A stretch of DNA of 64,000 nucleotides, taken from positions 186,001-250,000 of the forward strand of contig JAAILG010000002.1 in NCBI GenBank assembly GCA_012026655.1, read 5' to 3'. Made by a program: the position numbers and the translations under genes. The notes beneath the pieces are model-generated. The model saw nothing but the letters and a program-made list of their open reading frames with translations, searched no databases and was not told the DNA's origin. Origin of the DNA: Hydrolagus affinis (taxonomy: Eukaryota). Of the stretch, positions 61,662 through 64,000 are shown piece by piece. How positions within the stretch are numbered: the stretch's first letter is position 1; the number at the start of each line of letters is the position of its first letter.

Positions 61662-63119
61662 ATGGTAGATTTGGTCAAGGAACATATCCTTACTTTCCAT
61701 TCTAGTCGCAAATCACAATTATTCCTTCCAGTTTTATTAACTTTCAAAATATTCACGTTCCTAGCACTGAAGTATGTCATAAAAAAAAACCTGATCTCGT
61801 GTCTTATAAGCCTAATAATACTTGCGGTCGCTGCAAACTTTGCACAGCCTTTACTAGTAGGAGAAATGAATGATGAAGCATTATCTCATTGAAGGTACTA
61901 TCACTGCAAGCGGTTGATCAATTCTTCTGATCCCCCCTCTCCCCCAATGCATATACTAAGGTATATTCAGTAAATATTGTCAGTGCTCTTTGAAACAGAT
62001 TGCTATTGTTTTAATAAAGTATACTGGATATCCAACACCTAAACTGCAATGGCATTATTTCAATAGTACAATAGGATTGCACTCAAATGCATACATTCAC
62101 ACTCGCTCACACGCAAAAAGAAATCTTTAATATAGATATCTTGCATACGTATCGATAGATAAAGAGAAGAATTGGAGTTGTACAATCAACTAGAGAGGGG
62201 AATAGAAGAGTATCGGAAAGAGTAAGGAATAAAAAATCTGTTCAATAAAAGAGCAACATTCTTTGAAGTTCCAAGGACATGCGGTTTGTCGCAAGGGAAA
62301 GGTGGATTCAAGGTTTCTTCAGCAGTGTCCCACCGTTAGTGAAAGGAATTAATTAATGTACATGCTCATAATTATAAAATCATTAATCATTCATATTTAT
62401 TGTCCAAACTGTCTGGAATCGTTTGTTGACAAGTTCTTTCCATCTTTGCTGGAACTGCCATTTTACAACTAAAAGTAGTTAGGGTGCCCCCTTGTGCCTG
62501 TGTGAAACAGTGCTAGCTGTCGGTTTTTTAAAAAAGCAATCGGGATTTATAAAGTCGGGTAAATAGAATCTGCTGCTGCAAATGTCCTAAGGAGTATTCG
62601 AATACTTCTATCAGTTTCAGAGCAAATGGAATAAAATCCAAACGCCAAGTGAAATTAATGACAGGGCCTGGGATGTTTTCAAATGAAACAATCTATACCC
62701 TGGTAATCTGTAGTTCCAAAACATAACAGACTTTTTTTTACTGCTATACTGGCTAATAAATGGTGTTACACTGAACACTGGGCTCCTAACTGAGTAAAAT
62801 TCTCGTCCTGGAAAGGTTTAAATGGAAGGATTATTACAGAATGTGTAATGTTGGCATTAGTAGCCCAATAACATGTCTGCCAATTCCATGAAAGTTGTTA
62901 GGATTTTTTTTTGGAATGGTTACCAGATGGTCAGTTACATAACATTCAGGCAAACCAGCTGATTTGGGGCTAGAACACAGTTCTAGCCCCAACTTGAACT
63001 TGAACACAACTATATACACCAGTGCTCTTTGGAAATGATGAAAGTTGCTATTGGCCAAGGTCCCAAGGAATCTTTGCTGCAATTAGAGGCTCACCAGATT
63101 TCACTTTCGTTCTTTTGAT

Positions 63120-63400
63120 CTCATCCCTTCCTGAAACTCATCCTACCGTCCTCCCATTACAACCCCAAACCATGTTTTTAAAAATTAGTCCCAGTGTCCT
63201 GGCCTCAAACTTACTTGCGATCTGTTCTCGTCATGAATTACCCTTTATATTCCATTCTTGAAATTTCCTTTTGCAACTTTAAGCCCATGTCCTCTTTACC
63301 TACCACCCGGTTAGATCCTAAACTATTGTTCTGGATGTACTTATTCAATCCATTTAAAACGTAATACACCACTATAATTCCCCTCCAACTTATCTTCTAT
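63120..63400 (-). mobile_element. Diverged CR1 ORF2 C-terminus / 3'UTR
   Basis: Minus strand translates SWRGIIVVYYVLNGLNK...GLKLQKEISRMEYK, resembling CR1 RLRGDLIxVYKIxNG...GHxLKL. Confidence 0.55.
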
Positions 63401-64000
63401 TGTATATTACATGCTAATAAAGACAAAATGTCTGCCTGTTTGTCTGCCAAGAACGCATCAACCAATTGATGTAGAGACACGAGTTATACTTCATCAGAAA
63501 GGTCTTGTTTGGGGGAGTGTCATGGGTATGTGTTTTTTTGCGGGGAATCTCCTATTATTGATGAGCTATGATCTATATAAACACATTTCTGTTCACACAA
63601 CTTAAGCAATACATGTTTATGGCATGTTAAATTGTTTGTGAGTGGCATCACTAAAATCTAATTCCGTATTGGATCCTCTGGTTGCAAGTGTAGCTGCAAT
63701 GAGTTCAGCTCATTCTTCTATGAGGACTGAAGAGCTTGTCTAATTGTTGTTCAACTCAATCTGAACCAAGTTCCATGTGTCAATTAGCTAACAGGAATTG
63801 AGTGCAGGTACTTTAACGATCTGAAGACCAAGAGTTTCTGAAGCTCCCATCATCTTTGTCGACAACAACATAATTCAAACAGCATGTAAAATGAGTCTTT
63901 GTTGTTATCCGACTGGTTCAATACATAGAAAACATAGCTGTTGAGGCAGCTAATGCAAAACACTTAGGTTGTCAGCTAAACTGCAGCAAATTATATCTGA

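Noticed and set aside
1-64000. CRISPR array, operon or other prokaryotic-type system
   Set aside because: No regularly spaced repeat-spacer array and no gene-dense coding; the recurring motifs are dispersed SINE/LINE tails in a vertebrate genome.

Overview
AT-rich vertebrate genomic DNA in which I cannot recognise any host protein-coding exon. It is either a large intron or a gene desert. The repeat content points to a cartilaginous fish, probably a chimaera such as Callorhinchus; this is an inference from remembered family consensus sequences, not a database hit. Recognisable content: (1) many copies of a tRNA-headed SINE with a (TTA)n tail, four near-full-length copies of one subfamily plus a chimeric copy and a second subfamily; (2) older Deu-domain (SacSINE1/AmnSINE1-like) SINEs; (3) 3' ends of two L2-clade LINE families with (TTG)n tails; (4) CR1 fragments; (5) Penelope-like relics, one with a decayed hammerhead-ribozyme core; (6) a probable decayed LINE 5' half (ORF1 plus APE endonuclease); (7) a 100-N gap flanked by a duplicated 127-bp overlap, probably an assembly artefact. 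TE-poor stretches rich in homeodomain/POU-type motifs are candidate conserved non-coding enhancers. The listed ORFs are chance or TE-derived. I found no convincing novel multi-gene system. The best leads are a 68-nt near-perfect hairpin, a possibly uncatalogued L2-tailed SINE, the LINE 5' relic and the shared 3' stem-loop across the retroposon families.
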